A DNA stretch of 64,000 nt from Phoronis australis (lineage: Eukaryota; Animalia; Phoronida), in contig NMRA01000698.1 of the NCBI GenBank assembly GCA_002633005.1, forward strand, positions 1 to 64,000, in the 5' to 3' direction. Within the stretch, counting starts at the first letter, position 1; each line of letters starts with the position of its first letter. The translations under genes were made by a program, and so were the position numbers. Below are positions 12,370 to 41,400 of this stretch, in pieces. The notes beneath the pieces were generated by a model. The model saw only the letters and a program-made list of their open reading frames with translations, was not told the origin of the DNA and made no database searches.

Positions 12370-14489
12370 GGCGGAGGATGATGAGGACTTTACAGGACAT
12401 TTAGTATAGTTAAAACTGTATACCGGTATACATCGCTAAAAGGAAGCCATGATAAGCCGTCGTGACCTGGACGAAGGTGGGGGTATTTTTTATTACTTTT
12501 GGTGCGCGCACTAATTTTCTACTTACATGTCGCTCATATTAAAAGTAATACATGCAAAAGCTGTCATTTTGTTGTATTCTTCAAAGTCTGACGGGACTGA
12601 CTGCGCTTATAGTGTAAACATGATATCCCGTTAACACTGCAGCTCCGCTACTTACACTGGTGGATTTATAACTCAAAGCGCCGAACTTTACACAGCGAAG
12701 GCGCGAGGTTCGTGCACCAAAGCAATGTGCGTAGACTAGCTGGACAGTTGAATTTGTGTATTCTGGTACATGTAGTTGTGTCGTCATAAAACAACTAGCC
12801 GTTTTAATGGAAGTCGCAACTTTTTATTTTGCTGTCGGGGTCTGATTTTCCGAAATCGACAGGCATTTTCAATTCATGGAGAAAAGTCCTGCAAAACCCT
12901 ACCTCATACTTGTGACTTTTTAGTTTTGGCGCATCCATATATGTATGGAAAAGTTGTGTCTGGGCGTGTACGGATTTTATTTAAATTTTTCTTTACTTTT
13001 TTGTTTTCCTCAATTTCTAGGACTCGATTTGTCGTGTCCTGACGTTTCAAAAACTCCTGCAACCTTCCATTTCATACAGTCCTTTTAATATATACACCTT
13101 TGCAGAGACCTGTCCAGATACTTCATGGCCTTGCTGTAATGCGCCATGGATAACAAGGTGTGTGTACTTCACGGTGAAAATTACCAACATCGTGCGCATG
13201 AGACTGGTCCATTTTTTTCAAAATCAGTACCACGTGAAATTGCATTTTACAAATATTTACCGGCTCGGTACCAGTGTTGTAAAACAATAAACTTACAAAG
13301 AAAACACTTCAGGAAAATAGGGTTTTACGTAAGTTATATAATGTCACTCCGATCTAAAATTGTTGACCTATATGAACACGACATTGGCAAAATAAAATTT
13401 CACCCGTCTGCCTCATTGTGTGCTTAATGGATAAAGGCTTTACCATACCCTGCCAGCGCAGAAGTCATTCGATCAGATCTTTGGGCATTTCAGAGAATCC
13501 ACGTCATCGCCGATTTGAATTAGGCTATAATTATTCTCTCAATGCTGTGAGCGTAATTCATGAACATGACATTTCTCTGGAACTTGTTGAATTGATGGGT
13601 TGCTTCGCCTAGGAATTTCGACCTCCTCTTGTCTGTATGCTAGCTACTGGGGGACAGTCCATCATGACTAAATTATGTCATATAAGGGCTATGTGTATGC
13701 AAGTGCTCATTGCCGCTATGCCCGACGTCTGCTTTTCTGCCTCCCAGTGGCCACCTGGGGGAATTTTTCTGAATTTCCATAGGCTCGTTTCTACCCCGAA
13801 AGGAATGCACCAGCCCGTTTTGGGACAGATGTGACTTGCATTATTCCACCCTAATGGCAATTTTAGCATCAGGTCGCCTCTTTCCGCCATGCCCTTTGAA
13901 AGACCATCATCAAATTTAGTACGTATTCCTATTGGACGATAGGAGGGCATGGGTTGAGGTGTTGGACTTTCAGATGGGTCCGTACTGTTGTGCACCTATA
14001 GCGGTATTTCTTCATCGAATCTGTTAAAAAGTTCCTTAATGTTATACATGCTCTGGGTCCAAAGCTGAATTGTCAATTTGTAATAAACTCACAGACACAA
14101 CAAACTTTGTTAGTTACTTCATAGTTCTTGTCAAAGCTAAAAATTGTACCCTCCCTACAACAATGCCAAATTGACCCACCGTTTCACTGGTCAGTCGGCT
14201 CTCTGGGTAAACGTGGGATAGACATCATACATCATAACGCGGGGATGGGCAGATTTTGGACGTACTTTTTGTGTGTTTGAGTACTGAAATCGGGTTTACA
14301 ACCAAAATTATAAGCAGAAAATGTGTTGCATACAACTGCTGTGTAAACCCATCTTCCATAACAAAAATAAACTTGATTTACACCAGTTTTGGTTACGAAA
14401 TTGGTTTCAAATTGTTCCTTGGTCTATCTAGATTTTATTTCGGCTCGGAAACTTGAAGAACTGACGCTTCTGATACTGCCCGAGACCAA

Positions 14490-14688
14490 GGGCCCGTTCC
14501 ATAAAAAGTTAATTATGAGACTTGTCAGAAGTTCGACCTTACGTTGAACAAAACTATTTCTAAAAAATAATTAAACCTCACATGAGCATAATCGCGATAA
14601 AAGTTTCTCTCGCTGGAAATACAATTCTGTAAATTATTTCTAGACTATGAGGCGCTCACAATGACTTAGCAATTGTGAAGCGGGGCCG
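14490..14688. mobile_element. MITE with GG(G/C)CCC-type terminal inverted repeats (PIF/Harbinger-like ends)
   Basis: Left end gggcccgttccataaa; reverse complement of the right end ggccccgcttcacaa. Internal similarity to 4828-5046. Confidence 0.55.
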
Positions 14689-16928
14689 TAAGACCAGCCT
14701 CCCGTCGCGGCTAGGACCTAGCTTAAAAGCGAGATTACGCGAGATATTGCCGTGTATTTTAAATAAGAGCACATGACCTTGACTAGCTTTTGGCTAGGTC
14801 CTAGCGTCTACTGAACGCACGCCAGATTTCTGTCTTAAGATGTATTTGCATGCTCCCAACAATGCTATTCTATCGCAGGTACTAAACGACAATACTATTT
14901 TAATACCGTCTACGCTAAGCAGAACAGTTGTGTTCATTGACATCTTGTAAATGTGAAAAAAAAATTCTGCAAATAGCTGACCTTCACATTAGTGACGTAC
15001 TCTGAGGGCTCACGGTTGAGTGATTTAAGGCGGATCATTTTCGACACGAAATTCGTTCTTAAAAACATTTGGCAATTTCAAATGTACTTCACAGTCACAT
15101 CGTCGCTATGTTGTGTTTCTGTCTAATTTGACCAAGCAGTGGCAGAGATAAGAAATCAGTGTGTAAGTTCCACTTTAAGTCACTTTCCATGAAGCTGAGC
15201 CCAGCTCTACAAGACTGCTGGTCACGGCTTGACGTTTTATTTACTGGGTATGGTCACAAGAAACACCTGTTCATCAATTCCTTGAACAACCAAAAATCAC
15301 TTCTCATTTGAGAACGAATCAAGTTAATACCAATGTTATAGCGACAGGTTGTCTAATTTAAAAGTAAGTCTCTTCGAAGGAACCAACCTGGGTTTACATT
15401 CGCATTAAAGTTGCTAGACCCCAGTTTAAAAAACTTTGTGAAACCCCTAAACTCTTGTCTACTTAAATTTCCAAGCATTTCAAAACCACTCAAGATGATT
15501 ATAAAAACGAAGGTTCTGCTTATTAAAGTGAAATTTTCTGTGAAAGAAAAAACGCACCTTAACTGTTCAAGCATTTTATTTTCTTGGCAACAAATTCACT
15601 CAATAAATTCACAAAAGAGCCCTGTCTAGCGCGCAGTGTAACATTAAACTCCAAAAAATATACCTCTTATAAACAACTGAGAAAACAATTCACTATCTAC
15701 AAATTGACCCACAAAATAGCCAAAAAATAATTCAGGAAACAATTACTGTCAATCTAAATTTTTTACTTCAAATCTTTATGTTTTATTTGGATACTTACGA
15801 CCTATAGAAAAAGAAAGAGGATACATAATTGCTCATCAGTGGGGCAACTGTTCAATTCTGGTTTGAATAATCAACTGAGCCAGATCCGAGTGGTGAGAGA
15901 GTGATGCCCGTGACGAAAAATTTAGGCACAACCAAGCCCCATACACAGTGAACACAGCCACTGCCTGACAACAACTTCCAGCAATGAACCCCTCCAAAGT
16001 GACAAAAAATACTGGAGAATAGCCAACAATGAGAATTCAGAAACAAATTAACAATTATGTCAAATAACTATTTAATAAGAAAGACAGCTATTCTGGACAC
16101 TACTCACATGCTAATTCCATCTTATGGTATTTTGTACAACTAGGATGCTGGAGATTTGAAATTTCTAAATTTCTACCCCAATACCTCCCTGGTCATCATA
16201 AGCAAAATAGCGCAAAAATCTAGGGTTTCTTCCTGATGTTTAAATTTCAACTGAGTTCTCTTAGCATGGAATTATTACTAGGAAATGGTAAACATCTTTA
16301 GTGACTCAGTCACACCAACCACTGGGACAGTCTTCCATACCCTGGGTCCAGCACACCTGAACTTCCCTCGAGACTCCACTTCAAAACTGACCAATCTTAG
16401 GGCTTGCTTTGAGTGACACTCGAAAGCGATTGGTCAATTTCCAGGCTGAATCTTCAGGAAAGTTTCCTGGTCTCAGAGCTTGGACTGCAAGTACCCAGGG
16501 CTTACTTTTTTCAAACAATAACAACAGAGCCAACTATGACAAACTTAATAACAACTTTCAAATTGACACTTTCAACAGTAGCTCAGTCGGCACAATCTAA
16601 ATAGCCAATCATGCAGCATATTTTCAAACCACAATCTTCAGAGTAGTGGTTGTCTGAATCAAAAACGAAACCAGCTCATCACTGGCGAGCTCTTCAGAGA
16701 ATTACTTAACCAATCAGGAACGGTCTCTAAACTAACACGCCAAGTCACAAACAAGCAAGTCTGTTGTCAAGGTTTGCGTGAACCGAAAATTAAAAAACAG
16801 TGCAAAAAATGACCGATGACTGCACAAAGCCAGTTTTGTCTCTAAGCACTGTAATTTACTCTCACTTACTCTTTGTTGGAGTTTTTGGTTTCTAAGCAGT
16901 TAAGGTAAAGCTACTGCCTTTATGGTGA

Positions 16929-16948
16929 CACACACACACACACACACA
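16929..16948. repeat. (CA)n microsatellite
   Basis: Read directly from the sequence. Confidence 0.9.
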
Positions 16949-18536
16949 AGCAGGTCAATAGCATTTAGAGCTACTGTACATGTCTTCACACCGTTAATGA
17001 GTGACCCATATCAGGTATTTTTTGTTTATACCACTCATGGATCTAGGGTGTCTCAGAGGGGGGCAACCACAATTTTCGAGACCGCGAAAGCCCTAAAAAT
17101 GGCATGCATTCTGTTGGCGTTTTTTTTTTGGTCCACTGAATCCCCTCTAAATACCCTCTGTGTACAATGGTGGTAACAGCGAACACAGTCACGTTGACAC
17201 AAAACTGTTCGTCTGTGAAGTCTATAATCGTTCACTCATTGAAGGTCCAAGCACTACATTACCATCTTTTGTATATAATAAAAGCCAGTCTGAAGTGTCA
17301 GTCACACCAATACACAGACTAACATAGCAAATCTTGATTCTGGAATACACAATTTTTTAACTACATCGAAGTCCTTCAAGGTAAGCATTTCATTTTGACG
17401 TGATTTTACTCACGGAAATCCAGTTGCATGTTGTGACATAGACTAGAGTATAATAAAGAACAGGAAAGTGCATTTACAAAAATAAACAACCCAAACACGA
17501 AAAACATTTCGCAAAATACTCTACGAAGAAACATAAAATTTGTAACATGGAAACTCCTTTGAAAGGATTTACAATCCCAAAGCAAAAGGACAACTCACTA
17601 ATGCAAACGGACACAAATTTTTGCACTTAGCAAAAATCACCGCAACTTAGAGCTCAGTCAATTGGCCCACATGCGCTGGTCTGGTATGTGAACCAGTCTG
17701 CAATTATTTTTTTTAACTTTGAGCTAAAATATATAACAACCGTTAATAGGAGACTGATGACGCAGGTACAGTTTACGATGACAGCGCTGAGGATGAAGGT
17801 CACAACTGACAAGATTCTCAGTGTTGACAAGGTATTTTGATTCACAGATCTATTTTCTCTAGAACATTTACAGAGACCCACAGTATTCAACGCATCTAAA
17901 CTATAAGCAAGAACGACAGAAGGCGGTCGTATAGAAACAAATCTCATAGCTAGACGAACACTGAGTAATCCAAACACTGTGAAATGTGAAGTGGGCATGA
18001 TCGATTCAAACGCTTTTGAAAGGTGTTAACAATTCGTTGACCCAGCATTTAAATTCTAAGTCAGGCCCAAAACCAGCACTTGAATTTTCAACTTATACAA
18101 AGTGGACCTCAAAATGCTCAGCTAAATCCATCCATAATTAATCTATGGGTGCTACCAGGAGAGGCAGTATGTTTGTCTGTCTGTCAGTACAGTGAAGTCA
18201 ACAACCAATGCAATGGGCAAGGATGTGGATGTGATGGTGGAGAAAAACGAAATTTAAAGATGGCAATGGTGATGAGATGTGATGATGACCATAACGATGG
18301 TGAGATGTGATGATGACGAAATCTGATGATCAAAAGATGTGACAATGACCATAACAATATGATTAGCATAAGGACAATGACAGAAAGCTCTTCTAACAAT
18401 TACAAGGATTTATGTAACATTGCACCACTATCAGCCGTGCGAGTATACAGAAGTCGTCACAGGATTAAACCAAATCATTCAAATTTGACAGCGCTCTTCC
18501 TGCTTGACAATAGCTGCAGTCTTCACACCTGCGTGT

Positions 18537-33272
<14,736 letters not shown>

Positions 33273-35113
33273 TGCTAATGGACGGTCTACAAGCAAAACA
33301 AAAGTGTGCTAAATGATTATATCATAACATAGCGTCAAGTATCTAATATCTAATATTAACGGTCAAAACTAATGTATCATTCACTGACGCAAATTTTCTG
33401 AGATTTAAACTACTGCTATAAATTTGCCTTCTGTCAACAAACTAACTTTTAAATTAGAGGTGATTTCATGGCATAGGATAACCTGAAATTTCATTATTGC
33501 TTAAGACCAGGCACAACTAATTGGCTTGTCACAACTGGGACAATTTAGACACCTAACACGAACACCAATAATAATAATCAATCAGTTCTTTACAATTCCA
33601 GAAATTACTTTTTGTCTCAGTAAGGAACAGGTAAAGACTAGTTTTATAGCAGATGGTGATCAAAATAAAATATTAATTACATTAAAGTAAATGGGTATTT
33701 CGCACCTTTGAAACAATATAAACCTAAATTAGCCAAGACTAGAATTTACAACATTTTCTTCCAGTGAAACATTTCCCAACCTTAGATATTGGTGTAAATC
33801 TATAATGTTGTAAAACTACAACCTGTGACCCACTGGTTTGTCAGTTACTAACCGGGTCTTGGCCTATTAACAGATAAAACAACTTTCTCATCCAGTTCTC
33901 TGAAACAAAATACCTTCCTGTAACCCTCAAAAACCTTCAAAAGCTTGTAGCAAAATTTGAAAACTTTTGCAAAATCTGCTGAACAGGAAAAATGACCTGC
34001 ACTTCAAGCAAGTTAAAGAGCAACTGTGAGGAGGGACCACCCATCGAGAACCCTAATATTCAATCTGTAACACAGAAAGTATAAGTTTGTAGTTGATTCC
34101 TGCATTAATTTATCTGACAAGTTAGATGTTTACGATTCATTTGCAGATAACAGAATGAGGACTAGTTAAAATCAGCAAAACATGATATGTTCACAATGGA
34201 TGCTAACAGTGACAAAAACAGAATCCATTAACAAATGTGTCAATAACAAGAGCTTGTCAAATTTAGAACTTGGTAGTGACCAGTTCCTTTGCAAACATCA
34301 CAGAAATTAACAACCTGTTGGTCCTGAGAACGTGCCCTGAGCCCCTGACTATAAACCATGTCTCATCCAAATAGCATAGCTGCTGTACATAAATGAGTAC
34401 ACGCTTGAAAATAGGAGTAGAAAAAAATTAAATGCCAGTAAGAAGTTAACCTCACTTGCAGTATTCACAAGGGCAGACAACAGACGTTTGGTGTTTTTTT
34501 TTTTTGGTTGTTATTTTTACGTATAAGGCTTCTCCATATGCTTGCCAAGGTCACCTGCTTCACGTCAAAACGGTTTGGATGGTCGATATGAGTGGCCCAT
34601 GTTCAGTATTGGCCATTGCCTTGGCATGTGAATTTGTCTACACTAGCTGTTCAAACTACGTTTAATGACTGAGAGGGCAGGATAGCATGCAATTGTACTC
34701 AGTAACCTCCATAAAAGAACAATCACTGGTTCATAATGTTACATGGCTTCATCAAATTTCTCGGCAGACACCACTACAATCACTACATCTACAGTACAAG
34801 ACTACACGTTGACAGGTTGGTTACATTACAGTGTTGGCTTTGTGTGTTTGAGAAAAAAGGCTGAGCATTGAGCACATTAGAAATTGAAAGCAACTGCAGT
34901 ATTAAGTAAAAGTGCCCCTTTCGACTTCACATTGCACCTTCCAAACTAGTAGGCCACAAACCAAGTTTAACCCACAGCAGTGCACAGCACAGCCACCAAA
35001 CCGAGTCTCGACCACACATGATTTATCTGTGTATATATTAGGCTAATCTTAACTACGTTCGACAACGATTCCAATTAATTCTAGTGGATTAGTATCAACT
35101 GCTAAGCCCATAC

Positions 35114-35496
35114 CTAGTGTTTAAACTGTAATTTTTAACATTCTGTCGCGAAGTCTCCAACAAATGTGACGCATTCCGAAATCGTATCGAAACTCCGCGA
35201 ACTCCATCCTTCTTGTTTTGACTTGCTGAATAATCCTAGACGGACTGACGACCTACAGGATTTTCGATTGGTTAATTTTACGTTAAATAGGTCAAACTGA
35301 ATGAATAAAACATGCGTGTGGAGTTCTGTTTTTCAATAAATGTATTTTTTTCTCGAAGTTAAAGTGGCATTGAATTATTTCTAAAATGCGCTCTCCATGG
35401 GCATTCTATGCGTTGACGTGTTTTTGGAGACAGCGATCTTTTGACTCGAATGGTTTTTGGTCGTCGGGAACAGAATCGGATGACTTCCGCAACATC
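35114..35496. promoter_or_regulatory. Candidate bidirectional promoter shared by DCAF8 (-) and LIPE (+), including a probable non-coding first exon of DCAF8
   Basis: The first coding exon of DCAF8 begins at an acceptor (TTGTAG| at 33286), so an upstream exon is required; a candidate donor TAG|GTATGG lies at 35114. The stretch is locally CpG-rich, with an inverted CCAAT (ATTGG at 35267-35271) and an ETS-like ACTTCCG near 35483. The LIPE ATG is at 35497. Confidence 0.55.
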
Positions 35497-38400
35497 ATGA
35501 TGGACGAAGTTGAGGATGACAGCTCCCATTCACAGGGAGAAAAGGACGAACAATACCGCAGGGAATTAACACAACTGTTCAAAGATTTGCGGTCGCAGGC
35601 CATAAGCAACATGAAGTTCTACCAGGACGATAAAACGGACAGTGGCAGAAGATTTCGTTCTGCATTTTTTCATCTTCATGAAAACCTGTCGGAATCGGGT
35701 GTCATTGAAAGAGGTGTGACAGATATTTTGGAAGTTGCTCAAGATTACGACTTTGATGGAATTCCGGCAAATGGTTACAGAAGTATTGTAAAACTTGTCC
35801 AGTTGTGTTGCAATCGCATCGAACTTCTGTCTAGGCACATTGCTGTCAACAGATCGTCTTATTTCTTTAGAGCTGGACATTACTCCCTTGAACTGGAAGC
35901 ATTTGTTGATTGTCTTTCTCAACTTAAAATAGGCGTGGACTATTTGCAAAAACTGCTCATGTTTTCTCAAGAAGGTGACCTGTTTGTCGATGAGAACAAG
36001 TTAAAAGACCCGGAAACCGAACGCCTTCTGACTGATCTTGAATTTAGCGTAAACCAGGAACCTTTCTATGGAAGAACACTAGGATATCAGGTAATATTAA
36101 CAAAATTAATGTAACATTCATTCAAATTTTCATGTTTCATCTGAATTTTGACCAAGGATTTGGATAGCATTCCTTACTTGATTTTTTACTTGATTTACTT
36201 TTATTTTTCCTTTTAGCTACTTTTGTAAAGAATTTTGGAGTTTAATCAAGCAATTATTTTTTTAAGTTCACTTAATGTCTTAATTAATGTACTGTTTGCA
36301 CCCATGTGGCAGTGAGTTTGGATTTGTGGTTTTCTATGATATGAACTATATGTCTTGTAAATGCATTTTGTTATTTTTTCCATTTAATCCAATATTTTAT
36401 AAAATTTGATAAGCCACTTAACTAAGGGTTGCCGTGTGTGTGCTCTTAAATGCTATCAAAAAGACTGTTCTTAATTGGCCGTTACAAGGCTCATGGCTGG
36501 ACTGCTGCCTAATGTGTGCTTGATTAGTATTCCATGTGCTGTGAAAGGAATCCAACAGAGTGTTTTACTGTAAGATCCTGGCTTGTCTGACCAGAATCAC
36601 ATATTAGCTGTTTGCTTGTGGGCATTTGCTGGTGTATAAATTCACGCTTGCCATCTACAAGTGATACCCAGTGTTGCTTGCTCCTTGATTGTTTTAAATT
36701 CTAGTCATGGAATGCCTATATTTTAATTAAAAATGTGTATATTGAAATCACTGCTTTATGAGTATAATCTGATTTGGTTTACACTATTCATCTTAGTTTA
36801 CAAACAAGATTTAATTCATCTAGTAAGTTAAGACTGGACATTTTCCTCATTGTCTTTTTATGTTCAGTCCTTGCCAGCTGAGAAAATCCAAACATCTGCA
36901 TCTCCAGTCACATTATAATAAAATAATCTTGTAACCTTGCAACTGTGCAGTTAAATTGTCTGAACAAGCTTTCTCAGCCAAAGCAAACAAATCTTTCAAA
37001 AAAAATCGTCTTACTGCCAGTGCTTGACGTCACTTTTTGGGTGAACTTGTTTGTTTTCACTGTTGAATCCAGGTGGCTTCTAAATTGATCTTTGTGAATG
37101 TGACTCTTGACCACTATATTCTGTAATTTATTATTCATTAACGACATTATTGTCTCCTCATATCCTCTGGATAATTATCCGTTGTACGGTGTGTTTGTGG
37201 GATAATGTCCCTGGCAAACGGCTCAAGTACGTCAGAAACTGAGGGTGCCAGAACTGAAAAAAGTCTGTGAATCATATAAATAATGCCAGTGCTGTCAATG
37301 GCAGGTCAGGCAAATGGACATTTTGTGATTTGAAGAAGTGTGAAAAAATAACGGCCCAGGTCACCTATCACATTCATTATTTGCCGTAATTTTATATTTT
37401 AATTCCGTAACATTCAAACTACTAGTACCGAAATTTCAAGTGGGACTTCAGGTTTAGTTTTAATGGTGGCAGCAAAAAGTTAAAATTTCTAATCTTTTTA
37501 TGGGACATTGGGGTATGAGAAGAGTCGGCACCTAGTGTACTTGTGCAACTTTTTGTTTTGTATTCCTAGTTTTGTGACTCTATGAAGAAGCCACTGGAGA
37601 CTGTAGTCAATGTAATGGCTGGCTATAGTCAGGCATACGAAATAGAAGGAGGCTATATGAAGCTGGCCACGTCCCTCCTCAACACAGGAAGGTATTACTG
37701 GAACCCCGAACAAAGAGCTCATCAGGTAAATACATACTTTAGTTAGTAAATATTTGGTGTCAACCAACGCGAAATTGTCTAAGGAACAATTGCACCAATT
37801 TAGCATAGTAGTAGGATGTAATATGCCTGCATTTTGAGTACCAGTTTTCTCCACTGAGTAGCGGTCATCAAACCGGTTCTCAAAATGTGGGCACTTTATA
37901 TCGAACTATTGCCCTAATTAAGGGCAAAATGTAGACAAACTATATGTAACATCTAAGAAGTGTTGAAATAGTGTTCCTGTGAGTTTTGCTGCAGTCACGG
38001 TTAGACTGTCAATGTTTTGTGCAACTGTGGTCATTAAAGGCCTTTGTAAACTGAAAATGGACCAATTTTGGCAATTATTTGTCCAGATGTGGTGACTATA
38101 ATTAAAGCTGGATATTCTGTGATCACAAACCATTGTTTTGGGTCACGTCTGTTGACAAGCCCTCTTATTTTTTATTTTACATTTGTCAGAAGAAATAATT
38201 CTTCCAAAATATCCAAAAGAAAATGAGATGACACTGCTAGACATTCATAAAAATGTTGTTTCTGGAGTGGAACAAATGGGCTTCAAGAAATGTGCAAAGT
38301 TTTAGATTCAATTAAACTAACTTGCTTTTGAATAGAAACGTGTTTTCTAGTTTGGAAATGGTGTACCTACTTGATAGCTATTGGCATTCTGAAATTGAGT

Positions 38401-41400
38401 CAGTTTCAGCAACTACATTTACTGTCAGACCTTACATACTAAAAGCTGTTGACAGTCCAGCATTTTGTTGGTTATTTATTTTTACATACTGAAATCAAGG
38501 ATTGTAGGTTTGTTTTCAGTGTTAAATAGATTGGTCACTGATTCTTAGTATTTGACTGTGTTGCATCAGCCATAAATATTGTTAAAAAGAGTAAGTGTCA
38601 ACAAACCGCCTCTTAAAATAGTTACATATGAAGTGTTAATTAGATTTTAAAGTTGTGTGGTTAAAATCCTAGTTGAAAAGTGCCATGAATAGTACATGTC
38701 TGTGGACTGATGAGTTTTACAGCTGAAAGAAGTCCTCTTGTCTACCTACACTACTGTTTGGGATACTGAGCTCTATCTGTCAATCATTTTGGGTGCTTGA
38801 GTTCTGGTTGGTCAGACAGAAAACTAGGTCAAACATGAGATCCATGCCTCCTTTTATTTTGCAGCTGATCAGAACCACAAGAAGTGCAGACATTTCATTT
38901 TGCAAGTCTTTCTGGAAACTGGGTGATTCAGAAATCGTACAGGTGATTAAAACTTCTAATGTACTGTGTTTTTTTTTCTAAATCTTCAGTAAGTCATAGT
39001 CGTCAAGTGAGTGTATTTGTTGAGGTCCCGCCTGGAACAATGTCCTCTGTATCTTGTAAACTTTCTCTGTATCTTGTGCTCATTGAGGCGGGGATTGGTG
39101 CTCAAAGTTAGGACAAGATTTTGCATTTTTGCTGAGAAACAAAGTTTGATATATATGCAGCAAAAACCACAGAGGTCATCTCACTGAATGCTAAATTAGA
39201 TGTTGACAACACAAAATGAAAAGTATTTCAAGTTTGATGAGTTTGGATATGCTTGGGTAGAGGTTCATAGGTAAACAAGTCATGCCAAACATTGTTTTGA
39301 CTAGACAGTGGGAATAACTGACTCCAACAGATAAAAGAGGACACATTTGCATGGATCTGGATTCCTGCAAAGATTGAAGTATTTGTCAGCCACATCTGTG
39401 CGTCTATTGTAAATACCTTTTTAAAGCCATCTAATCAACTTTTTCTATGTCATCTGGTGTGTTTGTTATTGTTTACTTGTAATGCTGGGAATGGGATTAA
39501 GTACAACGCTGTTATGTACAATTCAGTCTAAATATTATCTCAGTCTGAAAATTGTTGATTCTTGGAAACAAGTATAAAATGTAGTTCTTGATTTCAAGAT
39601 TCTCTCATGTCATTTATCAATCAATTTCAGTCCTGCTTAAGAGAACATTTACTCAAGATTTCTTATTACACTTAAAGTGAAGAACAAAACACCCAATTCC
39701 TCTGGAAAAGTCGACTAAAGCATTCACCAGGTGCCAAGACAGCTCCAATAATTTTTATTATAACTTTTTTCTGTAATTTATTTAAGTATGGACAAATCAC
39801 CATATTAATTCCCGTCCCCACTTTATCTGTATGAGACCACTTGATTACTACGTGTAAATAGTTTCATGGGGTTCAGGCGTTAATCCAGTGACCTGTGCTA
39901 CTGTTCCTGTGATCACAAACTTGACCACATATTGTTAATGTGGTGTTACGCAGACACCAAGTCTGAATGACAGCAAATGGAGCGTGTGTGTTCCCCTGGT
40001 GCTTGGCACTTCCAGGTCAAGCTCGTCAGACCGTGACCTTGTGGCAGATTTGGAATGAAAACAAAAATGTGACGGCGGTTAATTTTATTGGATTTGGTCT
40101 GGTAAAATANGGTCCCGCCTGGAACAATGTCCTCTGTATCTTGTAAACTTTCTCTGTATCTTGTGCTCATTGAGGCGGGGATTGGTGCTCAAAGTTAGGA
40201 CAAGATTTTGCATTTTTGCTGAGAAACAAAGTTTGATATATATGCAGCAAAAACCACAGAGGTCATCTCACTGAATGCTAAATTAGATGTTGACAACACA
40301 AAATGAAAAGTATTTCAAGTTTGATGAGTTTGGATATGCTTGGGTAGAGGTTCATAGGTAAACAAGTCATGCCAAACATTGTTTTGACTAGACAGTGGGA
40401 ATAACTGACTCCAACAGTTAAGAGGACACATTTGCATGGATCTGGATTCCTGCAAAGATTGAAATATTTGTCAGCCACATCTGTGCGTCTATTGTAAATA
40501 CCTTTTTAAAGCCAACTAATCAACTTTTTCTATGTCATCTGGTGTGTTTGTTATTGTTTACTTGTAATGCTGGGAATGGGATTAAGTACAACGCTGTTAT
40601 GTACAATTCAGTCTAAATATTGTCTCAGTCTGAAAATTGTTGATTCTTGGAAACAAGTATAAAATGTAGTTCTTGATTTCAAGATTCTCTCATGTCATGT
40701 ATCAATCAATTTCAGTCCTGCTTAAGAGAACATTTACTCAAGATTTCTTATTACACTTAAAGTGAAGAACAAAACACCCAATTTCTCTGGAACATTCGAC
40801 TAAAGCATTCACCAGGTGCCAAAACAGCTCCAATAATTTTTATTATAACTTTTTTCTGTAATTTATTTAAGTATGGACAAGTCACCATATTTATTCCCAT
40901 CCCCACTTTATCTGTATGAGACCACTTGATTACTACGTGTAAATAGTTTCACGGGGTTCAGGCGTTAATCCAATGACCTGTGCTACTGTTCCTGTGATCA
41001 CAAACTTGACCACATATTGTTAATGTGGTGTTACGCAGACACCAAGTCTGAATGACAGCAAATGGAGCGTGTGTGTTCCCCTGGTGCTTGGCGCTTCCAG
41101 GTCAAGCTCGTCAGACCGTGACCTTGTGGCAGATTTGGAATGAAAACAAAAATGTGACAGCGGTTAATTTTATTGGATTTGGTCTGGTAAAATAGTGACT
41201 ATTCAGCTAGCCGTTAATGCTGTACACAAATTAAGTTTCAAAGTTACATTGTACTTTATTTATTTTATTGTATCAGACCAGTTATTTTTTTCCGTTTCCC
41301 TCAAACAGGCCCAAATACTGGTGAAGGGTAGTAGTGTGTTGACTTTCAAATTAGGTCACAACAGGTGAGCTGTTGCAGAACGGCGCCTAGTCATCTGTTG

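Noticed and set aside
16665-16700. Minus-strand CTGAAGA plus a GCTC/GAGC stem resembling a hammerhead ribozyme
   Set aside because: The required GAAA after stem II is absent.
38700-38740. CTGATGA...GAAA...GTC hammerhead-like string
   Set aside because: Stems I and II cannot pair in the required register. The same applies to similar strings near 13045-13080 and 53000-53030.
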